NCBI RefSeq assembly: GCF_006345805.1
Contig: NC_043008.1
Location: 74,028,001-74,092,000 of the forward strand
Length of the DNA: 64,000 nucleotides
From: Octopus sinensis
Lineage: Eukaryota
Direction: 5' to 3'
Position numbers and translations under genes: made by a program. Positions 11,450-24,088 of this stretch are shown one piece after another; the stretch's first letter is position 1, and the number at the start of each line of letters is the position of its first letter. Under the pieces are notes generated by a model, which was given only the letters and a program-made list of their open reading frames with translations, ran no database searches and was not told where the DNA came from.

Positions 11450-12835
11450 TGTTAATAGCACTGGGAGTTGGTTCTTGGAATGCTGGAGGATACTCGGAGT
11501 CATTGACAGGATAAATAGCTTTCTGGAAAAAGCAATAAGATTGTAGGAAATAGAACTAATACACATAAATGAATCGTTAAGAAACGTAAGATTATGCAGG
11601 GCTGTATTCCAGGGACAGACACTCTCTCCATTACTTTTCGTCACTAAATTGTACATTGATAAATTCTAGGCTCGGCTAATGAGTTTATAAAAGCCAAGGT
11701 GAAAATAAGCCATTTGCGGTATATGTATGACTTGAAACGACATACCAATGTGAAAAAGATCTACTTTCTCTAATCTCAAAGGTAGGAGTATTCAGCAAGG
11801 ATATTGGAAAGCAGTTTGTGTTTTAAAAATGCCCAGTGTTGATTGTGAAGGAAGTTCATCTCCGATGCTATAAAACTTACCACACAACAATGTATTAATG
11901 AGGAATAATGAAGGATACAAAAACCTAGGGGAGCGGCAAGATTATAAGATGATGAGAAATAAATTAAGGAAAATCTCTAAAGAGTACAGGGGAAGATCAA
12001 GCAAGGTGTTGGAAGCCAAATATAAATGAAGAGACATCGTTAAAGTAATAACTACATAGACTGTGCCAGAACTAAGACACTGTGCTCTCTTTGTAAAATG
12101 GATAAACCTCGAGCTACAGAACTTAGAGAGAAGAACTCGAAAACTGCTTACATTACACAATGCACATTACCCTAAAAGTAATACTGACATATTTTAACTA
12201 CCGTGAAAAATACAAAGAAAGCAGAAAATTACTAATCGCAAAAGGGACAATTAAAACAAAGTTCTGAGAAGCAAAGTAACAATACTAACAGCAACTGGAA
12301 AGCTCCAAAAGTTAGTAAAACATCTGGAGAATTTAAGAACAGGAGGAAAAACAACAGTGCAACCAAATGGCAAGAAATGGAATTACATGACCGATTCATG
12401 CTACAAACCTGGAATGTTGAAAGTAAACATCGCTGGCAATAACTGACAGACAGAAAGCTGAAACGGCAGAGTTAAACGTTAATTAAAGCTGCTCAGAAAC
12501 AAACAATTAGGACGAATCTGATAAAGGCAAAGATCGACAAAACTCAATCACATAACAAATGTAGAATCTGCAGGAAAGAAGACGAAAGTATCAATCATCA
12601 TATGAAAGAGTGTTGTAAACTTGCACAAGAAGAATATAAGCGTAGGAGTGACTGTATGAGAAAAAAGTGCATTGAGATATTAGCCGAATGTGTGACTTCG
12701 AAATAACAGGAAAGTGGTATGAACACGAGCCGAAAGCTATGACAGATAATAAATATTACGGAATCATATGAAGATTCCCCATAAGGACTGACCATACTAT
12801 TGAAGCAAGAAACCAAATATGATTATAAAGCACGA
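11450..12835 (+). mobile_element. R4/Dong-clade non-LTR retrotransposon fossil (RT, CCHC knuckle, start of restriction-like endonuclease)
   Basis: Degenerate peptides SWFLECWRILG-like, IFQG..LSPLLF, NLELQNLERRTRKLLT..H.PK, CRICRKEDESINHHMKECCKLAQEEYKRR, PIRTDHTIEAR; many stops. Confidence 0.75.
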
Positions 12836-12844
12836 ATTAATCCC

Positions 12845-14340
12845 CAGCTAAGTTTAGGGTGTTGAACGTGCCGCCAGAAATATCCATCACCTGGTTAATG
12901 GCGGCTGTCTTGACAGGTTTAGATGAAGAAGATGCGACAATCCTGGAAGTCAACAAAATACCCAAACAAAAAAAGACTGGTCAGATATAAGTATGGGACT
13001 GACCTTACAAGGTAAGCAAACCCACATCGAACAGCTGCCCGATCTGATCGAACTCCCGGATGGTAGTCACCTGTTAGTGAAGGGTAGAAACCCAAGATGC
13101 CACATATGTAGATCTGTAACTTAAAAGTTTTCTGTCCTGAAACTAGAAAAAACTAAACGCTTCAAAATCATGATGTACCGCTCGGGGCACCTACTATATT
13201 CCGACAATGATGCCCATAGATACACCCAAACCAAAACAAAGAAGGAGTCTGCACCTGTTACCACGGAAAAGCAAGTTTCACCTGAACGCTCTGCTTCCTA
13301 AACCAACAGCAACTGCAATGATATGGAGAAAGAAGGGCCAAACGAGTAATGGATTCCAGTGACAAAAGGAGGGGAGGCGAAAGAGGATGAGAGTACATAG
13401 CCCTACTCCAAGAACTCAACAAAAAGATATACAGACACCTCAACTGCAGAACAATTCACAACAACTCCAACAAAAAACAAGATCAAGAATAATAGCCTCA
13501 AAACAGCAACATCATGAACAGCATGAAATAACAGAATCACAGAAACATTTTCAAAGGCAATAATATTCATTCGACTGTAGACAAAATGTATCCATCAATT
13601 TCACTGTTGTGAACAAATGTAACAGTGAATTAATGGATTTTTTAAGTTAAAACAAATGCAAAATAGAGACAGAGGGAAAAGGATTTTAGGATTTCATCCT
13701 CCAAAACCCCAAAAACAGACATTCAATTAGAACTTCCTCAGACATAAATGAGAACAATTCTTATGCAGGGTGGGGATTTTTAAAATACCAGTTGATAAAA
13801 GGCTGTTGGAAGGCCCTTTTAAAATATTTTTGCCAGTAGAGTGACCCGGAATGTCCGGGCTTCTCGAAAATCAAGGTGAATTTGTTTTTCCTACTAGCAC
13901 AACTGAGCTGAGAATGGGGTTGCATGAATATGTGTGGCCTGGGTTTAACTTGGAAGCAAAGTCACTTGTTCAGTGATATCAGATCGCTTGACTTAGATGT
14001 GGCTGCAATTAGTGGAACAAGGATCTCCGGGAAAACATGCTCTAGCATCCATTTTCGAGGACTACGAGGTATTCTCATCTTGTGGTCTATCGGGAGTGGG
14101 TGGCTGTGTAGCAGTGCTAATATGGAAGCTTTTACATCGCCAAGTACGGGATATCTTCCTGGACCCGGATGGTAGGGTGGTGGTTCTGGACGTGAATGGC
14201 AGCGAAAGTGCCATTAGTCTGGTGGCCAGATTTCTTCAAGCGTCTAAAAACATTCTTGGGAACGTCTCGCACTGTAGTATTAGTCAGGCCTTGGAATAGT
14301 ATTTTTGACACACGAAAGGTCTGTGTGGGATTAGTACATT
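12845..14340 (+). mobile_element. Tx1/L1-clade fragment (ORF1 remnant plus APE endonuclease N-terminus) nested in the R4 fossil
   Basis: KGRNPRCHIC knuckle-like peptide at about 13080. GCMNMCGL...LDVAAI and DPDGRVVVLDV...SLVA APE motifs at 13912-14230, followed by DFFKRLKTFLGTSRTVVLV. Confidence 0.7.
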
Positions 14341-14364
14341 GCAGAAGGGGGTCTAATTTTCAGA

Positions 14365-14535
14365 CAATGCATAAAAACACCAGGTCTAACAAGTATATAT
14401 AACATACAGAAAATAGCACTAATAGGCACCGCACACATCCTACGTAAAACACTTTCAATAAAGTAAAGACAAAAGCATCATAATAAACCACACCACATAT
14501 CCAAGGCACACAGAGATTCGCTCGGTAGTGCAGGC
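14365..14535 (+). mobile_element. 3' end of an R4/Dong-type element
   Basis: KTPGLTSIYNIQKIALIGTAHILRKTLSIK*, the typical R4-clade C-terminus (QK..LLGTA.ILRK.L). Confidence 0.75.
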
Positions 14536-14540
14536 AAAGC

Positions 14541-14576
14541 GCGCAGGTGTAGCTGTATGGTAAGTAGCTTTCTTAC
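14541..14576 (+). mobile_element. SINE family 2 head (A box), split from its body by an insertion
   Basis: GCGCAGGTGTAGCTGTATGGTAAGTAGCTTTCTTAC; the SINE resumes at 16811. Confidence 0.8.
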
Positions 14577-15103
14577 GCATGCGCTGCTTATCGGATTGAA
14601 CACTGTCAAGACGTGCGTTAGTGGCCGTCTTGACTAGAAGAACTGTTGAAGAGGCGTGACTGCAAGGTAGGCACTTGTTTTTTTAAGGGACTTAGTGAGG
14701 AATTTGTTGTATGACATTGTTTTTCCTTTTTTCACATAAGAAATCCCCACCGGGTCTTGAACATTTGTCTGCTGCAGTCGCGCTGAATAACTCACTTAGC
14801 GGTGAGAATTGTTTTGTTTTGGTGGGCGTGTCTCGCTACCAAAATTTGAAATGTTTATAAAAATTCAACCCATTCGTGGAGGAATTTTTTTGCTGCTACA
14901 GTAAACTGGGGTACTTGTATGAAGCAATATTCTGGAGGATTACCTGTGGATTATTTGCGGATTACCTGTAGACCCAGATTACATAAGTGACGGAATTGTG
15001 TTGCGGTGCTGGAACTGTCTTCCTTCATTCTTTTTTCTGCTCTGTCTTTCTGTTCTTTCTTTGAACTTTTTTTGAAAATTTTCCTACTTTTTCTTTGCAA
15101 AGC

Positions 15104-16375
15104 ATGGCAAAAAAATTAAATCACTGTCTTGGAGAGGGAAATTGTGCCCCCCCCCCCAAGCATTCGGTAAAGGACCTTAATGAGAAAACGGTGATGTTGA
15201 GGACATATTCCAAATCCCTCGACGCCATCACTGTGTACTCTCAGGTATATATTGAGAAGGGGTTGGCAGAATACCTACCAACCCCTTCTCAATATATCAA
15301 GTTTATTGCAAGGGGTGTCAAATATGCAACAGTGTGGTTGCTATTTGATACCCTTGAGGAGGCTCGCATTTTTTCGAGCCAACCCCTAAAAGGGGAAAAA
15401 ATTTTGTTTCTGCCCACATATCGTGGGAGGAAATTGACAAGAGCTTGGGTGTGTGGGCTGCCACTCGGAATAGAACTCAAGTAGATAAAGGACACTATCC
15501 GCCGGGCTCTGGGAGCCAAGCTTTTAAAAGTTAAAATGATGCCTACAGCTGATTGGGTGGGATAAAAAGCAGTTTTGACTCTATGGAACCCAATCAGCCG
15601 ATGATCTGGTGTTTCCAGATTTTTTTAAGATGGCCGGATCCAGGTATTCGGTGATTCTTGAGGGACGCCCCACCACCACCACCAAGTGTCATGAGTGCCT
15701 GGAGCATGGCCACATTAAGAACTGTCCCAAGGACCAAAGTAGGGTCCTGGAGCAGTTAGTTGTGGAAGAACCACCTCCCCCTCCTCCACCGGAAGAAGAG
15801 ATGGAGGAGGAGAGAGTGATCTCCCCCGAAAAAAGCGGAGAAAAAGGAAGAAGGGGAGCAACAATGATTGCTCTCCGAGGGATCCCGGGGTTGCGGGAGG
15901 AAGCGAGGTTTCTGCGGTTATGGTGAAAGAGCCAACCCTTCCCGCACCAAAGATAAAGAAAAAGAGATTTAAAAAATGGAACAGTGCCGGAGATATGCAA
16001 TGTACTGCCGGCATGTCCCAAAGCCTCTTCGGTGGGAATCGTGACACCGACAGAGGAAGCTGTAACCTCGTCGGTTGTGCCTCCGGCAGATGAAGAGAGA
16101 CTGTTGGCGAGAATTGTGCCGTCAACGGTAGAATTGACTACTTCGACCCAGGAGGAAGACAAATTATTGATCTTCTTCTACAGAGTGGTAAGGTAGAAAA
16201 GTTGGTGGAAAAACACTATAAGGGAATACATTTAACTTTTACACGGGAACCCGAATGGCCACCGCAGATAACTGTGAAGGCCATAACGTTGCCCGTGGTA
16301 CGTAAGCTGGAGGGACTTAAAGAGGAATATCGCTTGTGGCGGACGAGGTCTCGGAGCCCGCCTTGGTTTTAAACG
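15104..16375 (+). pseudogene. Tx1-like ORF1 (RRM-like region, zinc knuckle, Pro/Glu-rich tail), disrupted
   Basis: ATG at 15104. Peptides VWLLFDTLEEAR, PTYRGRKLTRAWVCGLP, YSVILEGRP, CHECLEHGHIKNC, EEPPPPPPPEEE; several stops and frameshifts. Confidence 0.7.
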
Positions 16376-16503
16376 AGGCGTGGGTAATGGCGGAGTATGC
16401 GGACACAAGCGATGTTGGGAAGGAAAATTGACAAGTGGTTGAAAAGCCTCAGTGTTATAATGTTTAAGTGTATAAGATGCTCAGCGCCTCAATTTGTAAA
16501 TGT

Positions 16504-16677
16504 ACTATTAAGTCCAAAATTTGTAAAAACGGAAGTAAGAGGTTCATTACCTCGTTTTGTTTTTTCTGTAAATTTAATAATGTTTTAAGTTGGAAATGGA
16601 CTATTAAGTCCAATAACTGTAAAAACGGAAGATGTTCAGTACCTCCGTTTGTTTTTTGTGTAAAAATAATGTTTTAG
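16504..16677. repeat. Two-copy tandem duplication (about 96-bp period) in the 3' region of the ORF1-only element
   Basis: actattaagtccaa...tgtaaaaacggaag...aataatgtttta occurs twice. Confidence 0.8.
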
Positions 16678-16810
16678 AGAAGCAAAAAATCGGCGGGCTT
16701 TTTGTCTTCTTCCATTAATATCATTTTATTTCATCATTCATCTCATCAATGTTTTAGTCGAGCCTGCAAGCTACTCTGTATCATGCCTTTATGGCAAAAT
16801 TTTTGAAATA

Positions 16811-17137
16811 AAGTAGCTTGCTTACCAACCACATGGCTCCGGGTTCTGTCTCACTCTGTACTACCTTGGTCAAATGTCTTCTACTATAGCTTCGGTCCGA
16901 CCAAAGCTTTGTAAGTGGATTTGGTAGACGGGAACTGAAAGAAGCTCGTCGTATATATGTGTGTGTGTGTGTATGTATATATTTGTGTGTCTTGACAACC
17001 GATGCTGGTGTGTTTACGTCCCAATAACTTAGCTGTTCTACAAGAGACCGATGCAATAATACTAGAAAGAATAACTAGAAAGAACAAATCGACTAAAGGC
17101 AGTGCTCCAGTATGGCCGCAGTCAAATGACTGAAACA

Positions 17138-17140
<3 letters not shown>
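16811..17140 (+). mobile_element. SINE family 2 body (B-box region to tail)
   Basis: Continues exactly where the 14541-14576 head stops; followed by (TAA)n. Confidence 0.88.
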
Positions 17141-17183
<43 letters not shown>

Positions 17184-18975
17184 GATGTAATACCAGGCAC
17201 TGGCTCTTATGATCGTAACTGAGTGTATCTTGTACATGATTGTTTTGGTACAAAAGATGGGCTACAGCAAATATTCTGCTCAATACCACAGATTTGCTTC
17301 TCAAATTGTTTGACCTTAAACAGTCGAGTATGTCCCTTAGTATCTGACAATATGTGCATCTCTGATCATGAACATGTGTTGAGAGGAATTCTTTGTGGGT
17401 TTGAGTAATTTATCAATGGAAGCGTGAGCGTTTCGTTCAACATCCTTAACCCCTATTCAAGGACCTTTGAACCGGATGGGCTCCTCGACCTGAAGAAAAT
17501 TCTAACTGGGCCCCACTTGACAGGTCATATACTGTTTTTTTTTTATATGAGATTATCATTTTGCGCTCATATGGTTGTCTTGCATGTGTCTGGCGTACCC
17601 TTATCTGACGGGTAGTCATAATGGGTATATTGGGCATCTTATATTTTACTTCAGTGTCACTTTGATGGCGTGCACTGCTCTCTCACTCAATAATAGTAAT
17701 AATGATAATTCTGTCGTAATAATTTTAACTTCAAAGTGCGTGTAAGCATCCAGTTGATTATCCAACGTGACCTTTCCCTTTTCAGACATTATCGTGTTTT
17801 GATGAAGATTTAACTTGCCTTGCTAGCGGATCAGGTGATTGTCTCACGGCGTCCTGTCTTGCTAAAATTTATGAAATCTAGTGCCAATGCATACATTTCC
17901 AGCAACATTTTAACATCGACGACAGTCTGCCATTATTTACAAGAATTTCCTGCTACACTGACATCATTCAATTGTAGAAATATCAATTTATATTATTTTT
18001 TCATTGGCATTCATGTTTTGTGTCAAGATTCTTAAAGCTTCAGTCAGGAAAGATATTAAATTTGTCTATTTTATTGTACAACAATTTATTTTCCAGTCAT
18101 ATTCACTGAAAGAAAAAAATTATTTTCGTTGCTTAATTTAATTAGAAATACATCTGTGTATCTACTATTTAATTGTCATTGACATTCTCCTTATATGTTT
18201 ATTTTATACGCCTCTATAATTTAATCACATTCTTTGTGTCACATTAAAGCTATCTATTTATTTATAAGTATACCTATCTATCTATATATCTGTGTGTATG
18301 TGTGTGTGTTTGTGTGTGTATGATAACGATCAAAGGTGTTTAACTCGTAACCACCCAGTTCTTTTTTTTTAGGAAGAGTATTAGTGTATAGTAAACATCT
18401 TCAACTTCATTATCCATTTTACAGTTTCTCTTTTCTAGTTTGTAGTATATTTCTCAATGTAGGTATGCATTTATGGCTGAATATTTGTGGGTACGTTTCT
18501 TTTTGTCCTTGTGTATGTTTATTTGTACATAAATATGTAAATGTGTATGTATGCCTTTCTATGCCTTATTATGAAACTGTGCAAGTCATAATATATTCAT
18601 CTAACACTTATCAAACATTATTCGAGTTCAGTGAGAAATGATATGACATTTTTGACCTAGCATTACTATGAACATTTTTTTCAATCGGCTTTGTGACTCA
18701 TTATATATAAACCTACACCAGCTTGATATTTTGGTAGTTAAACAGGTGTGATTGTATTTCATAATCTTCATTATCTCTATGGAATAATATCCTTCATAAG
18801 TCCAATATAAATATTTGGTTGGTTCTTTGGTTCATTTGTTCAATCGTTCGTTCGATGGTTTGTTGGTTGATTTCTTAGTAACGCTTTAAATCTTAGAGAG
18901 CGAGTACAGGAGAGTATATGAAAGAAACGTGTAAGTGTTAAAATAGGTGGTGCAAAAGGAATGAAAAGAATTGTA

Positions 18976-20129
18976 TTGGGTTGTCCGGAAAGTTCGTGCC
19001 GATTTTTAAAGGAAAGTAAAAGGTCAGTAAATACTTGCCATTACATTCATGGCAAAGAATTCATCAAGGTATCATTTTACGTCATCCAAGGAACTGAAAT
19101 GTTTACCATTAAGACTATTCTGCAGAGACCTGAATAAGTGGAAATCCGAAGGAGCAATATGTGGTGAATATAAAGGGTGGGGTAACGCATACCAACCGAG
19201 CTGCAGCAATTTTTGTCTGGTTCCCAAAGAAACGTGTGGTCTTGCATTATCATTTTGGAAAACAACACCCTTCCTGTTGGCTAATTCTGGACGTTTCTCT
19301 TGAATTGCTGCTTTTAACACGTCCATTTGTTCTCAGAATTAATTGTCTGGTTGCTTGGGCGAAGCTCATAGTACAGAATTCCTTTCCAATCCCACCAGAC
19401 ACAAAGCATGACTTTTGTAGGGTGAAGACCCGCTTTTAGAGTGGCTAAGGGTGGCTGATGTCGCTTACTCCAGGATCGCTTTCTCTGAGCATTTCGGTAG
19501 AAAATCCATTTCTCATCACCTTTCACAATTTGCTTTAAGAAAAGGTGAGTTTTCATTCCGTTTATAAAGCGAATCACAGATGGAAATGCGATCCAAAAGG
19601 TTCTTCCCACTCAACGCATGTGGTACCCAATCATCGTAGCGATTTGTGTACCTAAACTTTACCAGGTGCTCATGAATGATGGATTTTGATAGGTTGAGGC
19701 TTTCTGCCAATTCTCGAGTTGTGCTATGTGGTTATTCTCAATTAATGACTTGATTTAGTCATCATCTGTAGTGGATGGTCTGCCTGATCGCTCTTTATCA
19801 ATAAGGCTAAAATCTCCAGCCCGGAACATTGCAAACCACTTCCGTACAGTTCTTTCGCATAAAGAAACATCACCGTAAACTTCGCATATTTCTTTGGTTG
19901 CTTGTGAAGCATTTTTCCTTTACGGAAAAAGAAAAGCATCAAGTGCCAAAAATGAACTTTCTTATCTTCCATTTTAAAAGGTTACAGAATTAACACAGAT
20001 TATAGGAACATAAACCTTCTTCCACGAAAAGATAGCTTAAACTGTGCTCTAAATGGAGGTGTAGTCAAATCCTATTTTATGGACTCAACCATGTTCTAAA
20101 ATAAGTCGAAATGTAAGCTACTATAAATC

Positions 20130-20131
<2 letters not shown>
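18976..20131 (-). mobile_element. mariner (DD34D) transposon fossil; right TIR truncated by (TAG)n
   Basis: TA plus TIR ttgggttgtccggaaagttcgtgccgattt at the left end; only aaatcgg (20125-20131) remains at the right. Transposase motifs WVPHAL, GDEKW, DNARPH, YSPHIAPSDFHLF; frameshifted. Confidence 0.92.
19020..19972 (-). pseudogene. mariner transposase, frameshifted
   Basis: ORF pieces 19742-19972, 19516-19710, 19314-19610 and 19072-19326 join into one transposase (MEDKKVHF...). Confidence 0.9.
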
Positions 20132-20160
<29 letters not shown>

Positions 20161-22456
20161 GTTGTGGTGGTGGTAAAACTGTATCTACTGATTTATTTTC
20201 CAAAGGTGAATGAGTTTACATATATTAATATATATATGTTTCTTTATTAGCAACACAGGATAATCACTAAGAGAGAGTAGAATGCAGAATATTCAGAAAA
20301 TTTTACTAACGGAAACAGAGCGCGGATATTGCAGAGACGCCAAAAACACAAACGCAACATGGTTATCTTCGGCTTCTTATTCCATTTTACGTTTTTTGTG
20401 GTGGGGTGTAACCAATAAGAGCTTAATGTTCTATTTATGTTTGATTGATGATATGTTCAATTTCAAAGTATTGAATCATTCGATCGATTTAACAATTTTC
20501 TCGTTAATCTGATGTGTAAGTTGATGAGTATTACAGACACATATCCCTTAACCCAGTGATTTTCAACCCTTTACAGCTGAGTGCTTCTTCAAAGAGTACT
20601 GTTTTACAATTGCCTCTTGCCCAGGTTTTACAACAAAAAAACGAAAAATGAAAACAGATGAACAGCAGATTTTAATGAAACTGGACTTAATTCTGCTGAC
20701 TGGATTGTTAACCATATTATCTGATACTAACTTATCCCGGAGATCCCCCTTTATAAATATTTATACGATCGAGTCTCCCCTGTGTAACGAAGGTAACTAC
20801 TTATGTAATGAAATTTTATTTAGCCTGAGTGTTGTGTTTCAGTCCATAACGCAACGTCCAACTCGTAATATAATGCTGACATTTATTTATTTATCTATTT
20901 ATTTATTTAATTTTGAAATTGCACTTTATTCAAATATCTTATTCATTAGAAAAATGCTCACCCGCTAAACACAGATCACATTCCATAGTGTACCATTTAT
21001 ATTTTCCGTTCCCTTATACTCTCACAGCTTTCTTAAGGGCATCTTACAGACAATCTTATGAAATACTAGCTAATATAATTCTCAGACCCATTCAGTACGT
21101 AGCAATTTGTGAGAAAACCACATTTAATTAAAGGTAAAAGCCATCTGACGCAATTCAATACAGTTTCCATCATTTCAATTAACTCACCAGTGTTAAACTG
21201 CAGCTATCACGAGAGACATTTACCCAAGCTGCCAAACGGTGGGATCGATCGAACTCGAAGCTTCATTATGACGAAACGTACTTCTTGAACACTTTGTCAC
21301 GACTACATTCTTAAAAAGACGAAAGCTAATGTTAGAGTATTTGGTAATAGGACAATAGAATTATATGATATTCATTAATACGCTCCTTTACACACACATA
21401 CACACAGAAAGTATTTCACTCGCTCTTTTTCTCTCAATGCACTCACAAACACACGTTAGTGTACACTCACACTTACATGTTTACATACACATAAAGACAC
21501 ATACACACACCCGAACTCACACAGGTTCTGTGATTTGAATTTAAATTCTACGACAAATAAGTACAATCTAGTATTCTGTGCGTATCCCTATAGAGTAATA
21601 CCTCGACTATCGTGAAGGTGAAAAACAGCGAAATAGAAATTTTTTATTATCATTTTCATAATTTGTATATATTTATTTTATCATAAATGCAAAACAATAC
21701 CAGAGAGGAATCGACGTAAGCTTAAATAAGAAACCGCGATAGGGGAACTGTGATAGGTGAACTGCGAATCCACGAAGCATTACTGTATAGCAAAAGAGAA
21801 AACACGTATTATATTGTATTATAGTTCAAATTTTTCATTCATCTCCATAGTTAAAAAGGCCTGAGAATGATGACATAACTAAATCCTTCATGAACCTTAC
21901 CAGAACGGTATCATATGCATTAATGTATGTGTGTGTGTGTGAGTGTGTGAACGAAAACAAGTGCAGCGTGGAAGGTGTTTATAAGGCATTTAAGAAACAC
22001 ACAAAATCCGTTTAGTTTCACTTCAACATTTAAATTTAATTTGTCAAAATATTTTTGTCGCCTTGAGACTGCGACCTGTTCACTGACAAAATTCCGTGCT
22101 GCATCTCAGATGTGTGTTCCTTGAATGGCTTAAAAGTACCTTCCACGCTGCAATTGTTATCTCTCTATCTATCTATCTGACATTGGTGTGGCATTTATTT
22201 ATTATTCGCTATAATTGTTTCGACGCCACGTAGTTATCCAAGAATACAGACATTTGATTATGCAACTGCTTGTTTGCATAATGAAATCTCGTTCTGTTTC
22301 TTAAGGCAATATACGATTGTTATCTCTGTTTATAATCTTCGACTTCAAGGTCATCTCAGATTGTTATGGTTTGAAATTATTAGCGGCTCGCACACATGGT
22401 ACGTGCCACGATAGCACGTGTGTCGGGCTGCTATGTTTCGTAGAACAGTATATATA

Positions 22457-22488
<32 letters not shown>

Positions 22489-22699
22489 TAATATATATAT
22501 ATATATATATATATGACTGCTATTTCTAATTCTTTCGGTATGCGGCAAAGCAACCTGTTGCCTGCCCTTCTATTTATATACAATATATACTGAACTCCAC
22601 AGAAGTTCCCGCCGCTAATGGTCATATTTACATACCGAATTCTACCGGTAAATAATTGTTGGTTGTCTGAAAAACTATCGAATAATTATTTACTCTTAT

Positions 22700-22745
<46 letters not shown>

Positions 22746-22753
<8 letters not shown>

Positions 22754-22951
22754 ATATTTCGGAATGGTCATTTTGCCAGTTTAGCCAATAAAACACACGC
22801 ACTATATATTTGGTGTTAATTTGCTTCAGTGATATTTATTTTTTACTTTAATCTTAATAAATATCACTGAAGCAAATTAACACCAAATATATAGTGCGTG
22901 TGTTTTTATTGACTAAACTGGCAAAATGACCATTCCGAAATATAACAATAT
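22746..22951. mobile_element. Near-perfect palindrome / fold-back MITE-like element
   Basis: About 95-bp arms (22746-22840, 22856-22951) with one substitution and one indel, 15-nt loop; abuts (TA)n. Confidence 0.7.
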
Positions 22952-23004
22952 CTGTTTCAACACACGACTTCACATAAAAAATCTTGCACAACAAATATTT
23001 AAAC

Positions 23005-23057
<53 letters not shown>

Positions 23058-23090
23058 ATATATATTATATATATATATATATATATATGT

Positions 23091-23140
<50 letters not shown>

Positions 23141-23174
23141 GATAGATAGATAGATAGAGATATATACATATATA

Positions 23175-23220
<46 letters not shown>

Positions 23221-23280
23221 TATGTGTGTGTGTATGTGTATGTATATGTGTGTATGTATATATATGTATACATATATATT

Positions 23281-23990
23281 TAAATAAAATAATGAAATTA
23301 TTGTATCCAGTGCTCAGGTGCACCACAACTTGTCAAAAGTGCGTATAAAGCATATGCAGTAATGCACAAATTTCTGGAGAGTGAACAGTGTATAAGTCAG
23401 ATACATGCTTGCGTGCGTATGGAGGGGAGAAAGTCAGACGTAGTGTTGGTGAATCTCAGGAAACATGGAAGTTTTGAAGGATACAGCGCTCCGATAACTA
23501 ACAACTGATGCCGGCAGTTTGTTCCATAATTCAGCAACACTTAACGTGAAATTCATGGGAACTGTGCTGTTTTCTAACTTTGTAGACATGTCTACGGGTG
23601 TTAGACAGGTGGAGTTTTAATAGGTGCTCAGAGTTATTGTTAGTAAGATTGCTAATAATTTTATGGGTGTCTGCCAAGTCAGTTGACAGACGTCGGAGTT
23701 TCAATGTATCCATGCCCAGGGAAGTAAGGCGTTCAGAATATGGCAAGTGCCTGATGGAGGGTATTCTCTTGGTTGCACGTCGCTGAAAAGTTGGGCAAGA
23801 GAGCGGTTCCAGACCGGTGATACAAATTCCAGGTGAGGCGCACCATAGCTATATAAAGCCTCAGATAGATAGCCGGAGAGCGGCTCACAAGGGACTTGGT
23901 AAGTGATGCCAAGACACCTCAGCTTTCTTGGTAATATTAGCAATGTGTTTTGTCCATCGCAAATCGCGTATATGTAGACGTTTATCTACA
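23281..23990 (-). mobile_element. CR1/L2-group LINE 3' fragment
   Basis: LRWTKHIANITKKA, PHLEFVSPVWN, PYSERLTSLGMDTLKLRRLSTDLADTHKII, LWNKLPASVV; AT-rich tail at 23281-23305. Confidence 0.82.
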
Positions 23991-24034
23991 TATGGATGTG
24001 TATGAGTATATGTGTGAGTATTTGGGTATATGTG

Positions 24035-24088
<54 letters not shown>

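Larger units (their letters stand above)
14577..16810 (+). mobile_element. ORF1-only Tx1/L1-like element (HAL1-like architecture) with 15-bp TSD
   Basis: TSD aagtagctttcttac (14562-14576) / aagtagcttgcttac (16811-16825). About 525-bp 5' UTR, disrupted gag-like ORF1, about 435-bp 3' region ending ...TTTTGAAATA; no RT or endonuclease motifs seen. Confidence 0.75.

Noticed and set aside
22250-22310. Perfect 9-bp hairpin (attatgcaa/ttgcataat) followed by GAAA
   Set aside because: The upstream heptamer does not resemble CUGANGA; chance or too decayed to call.
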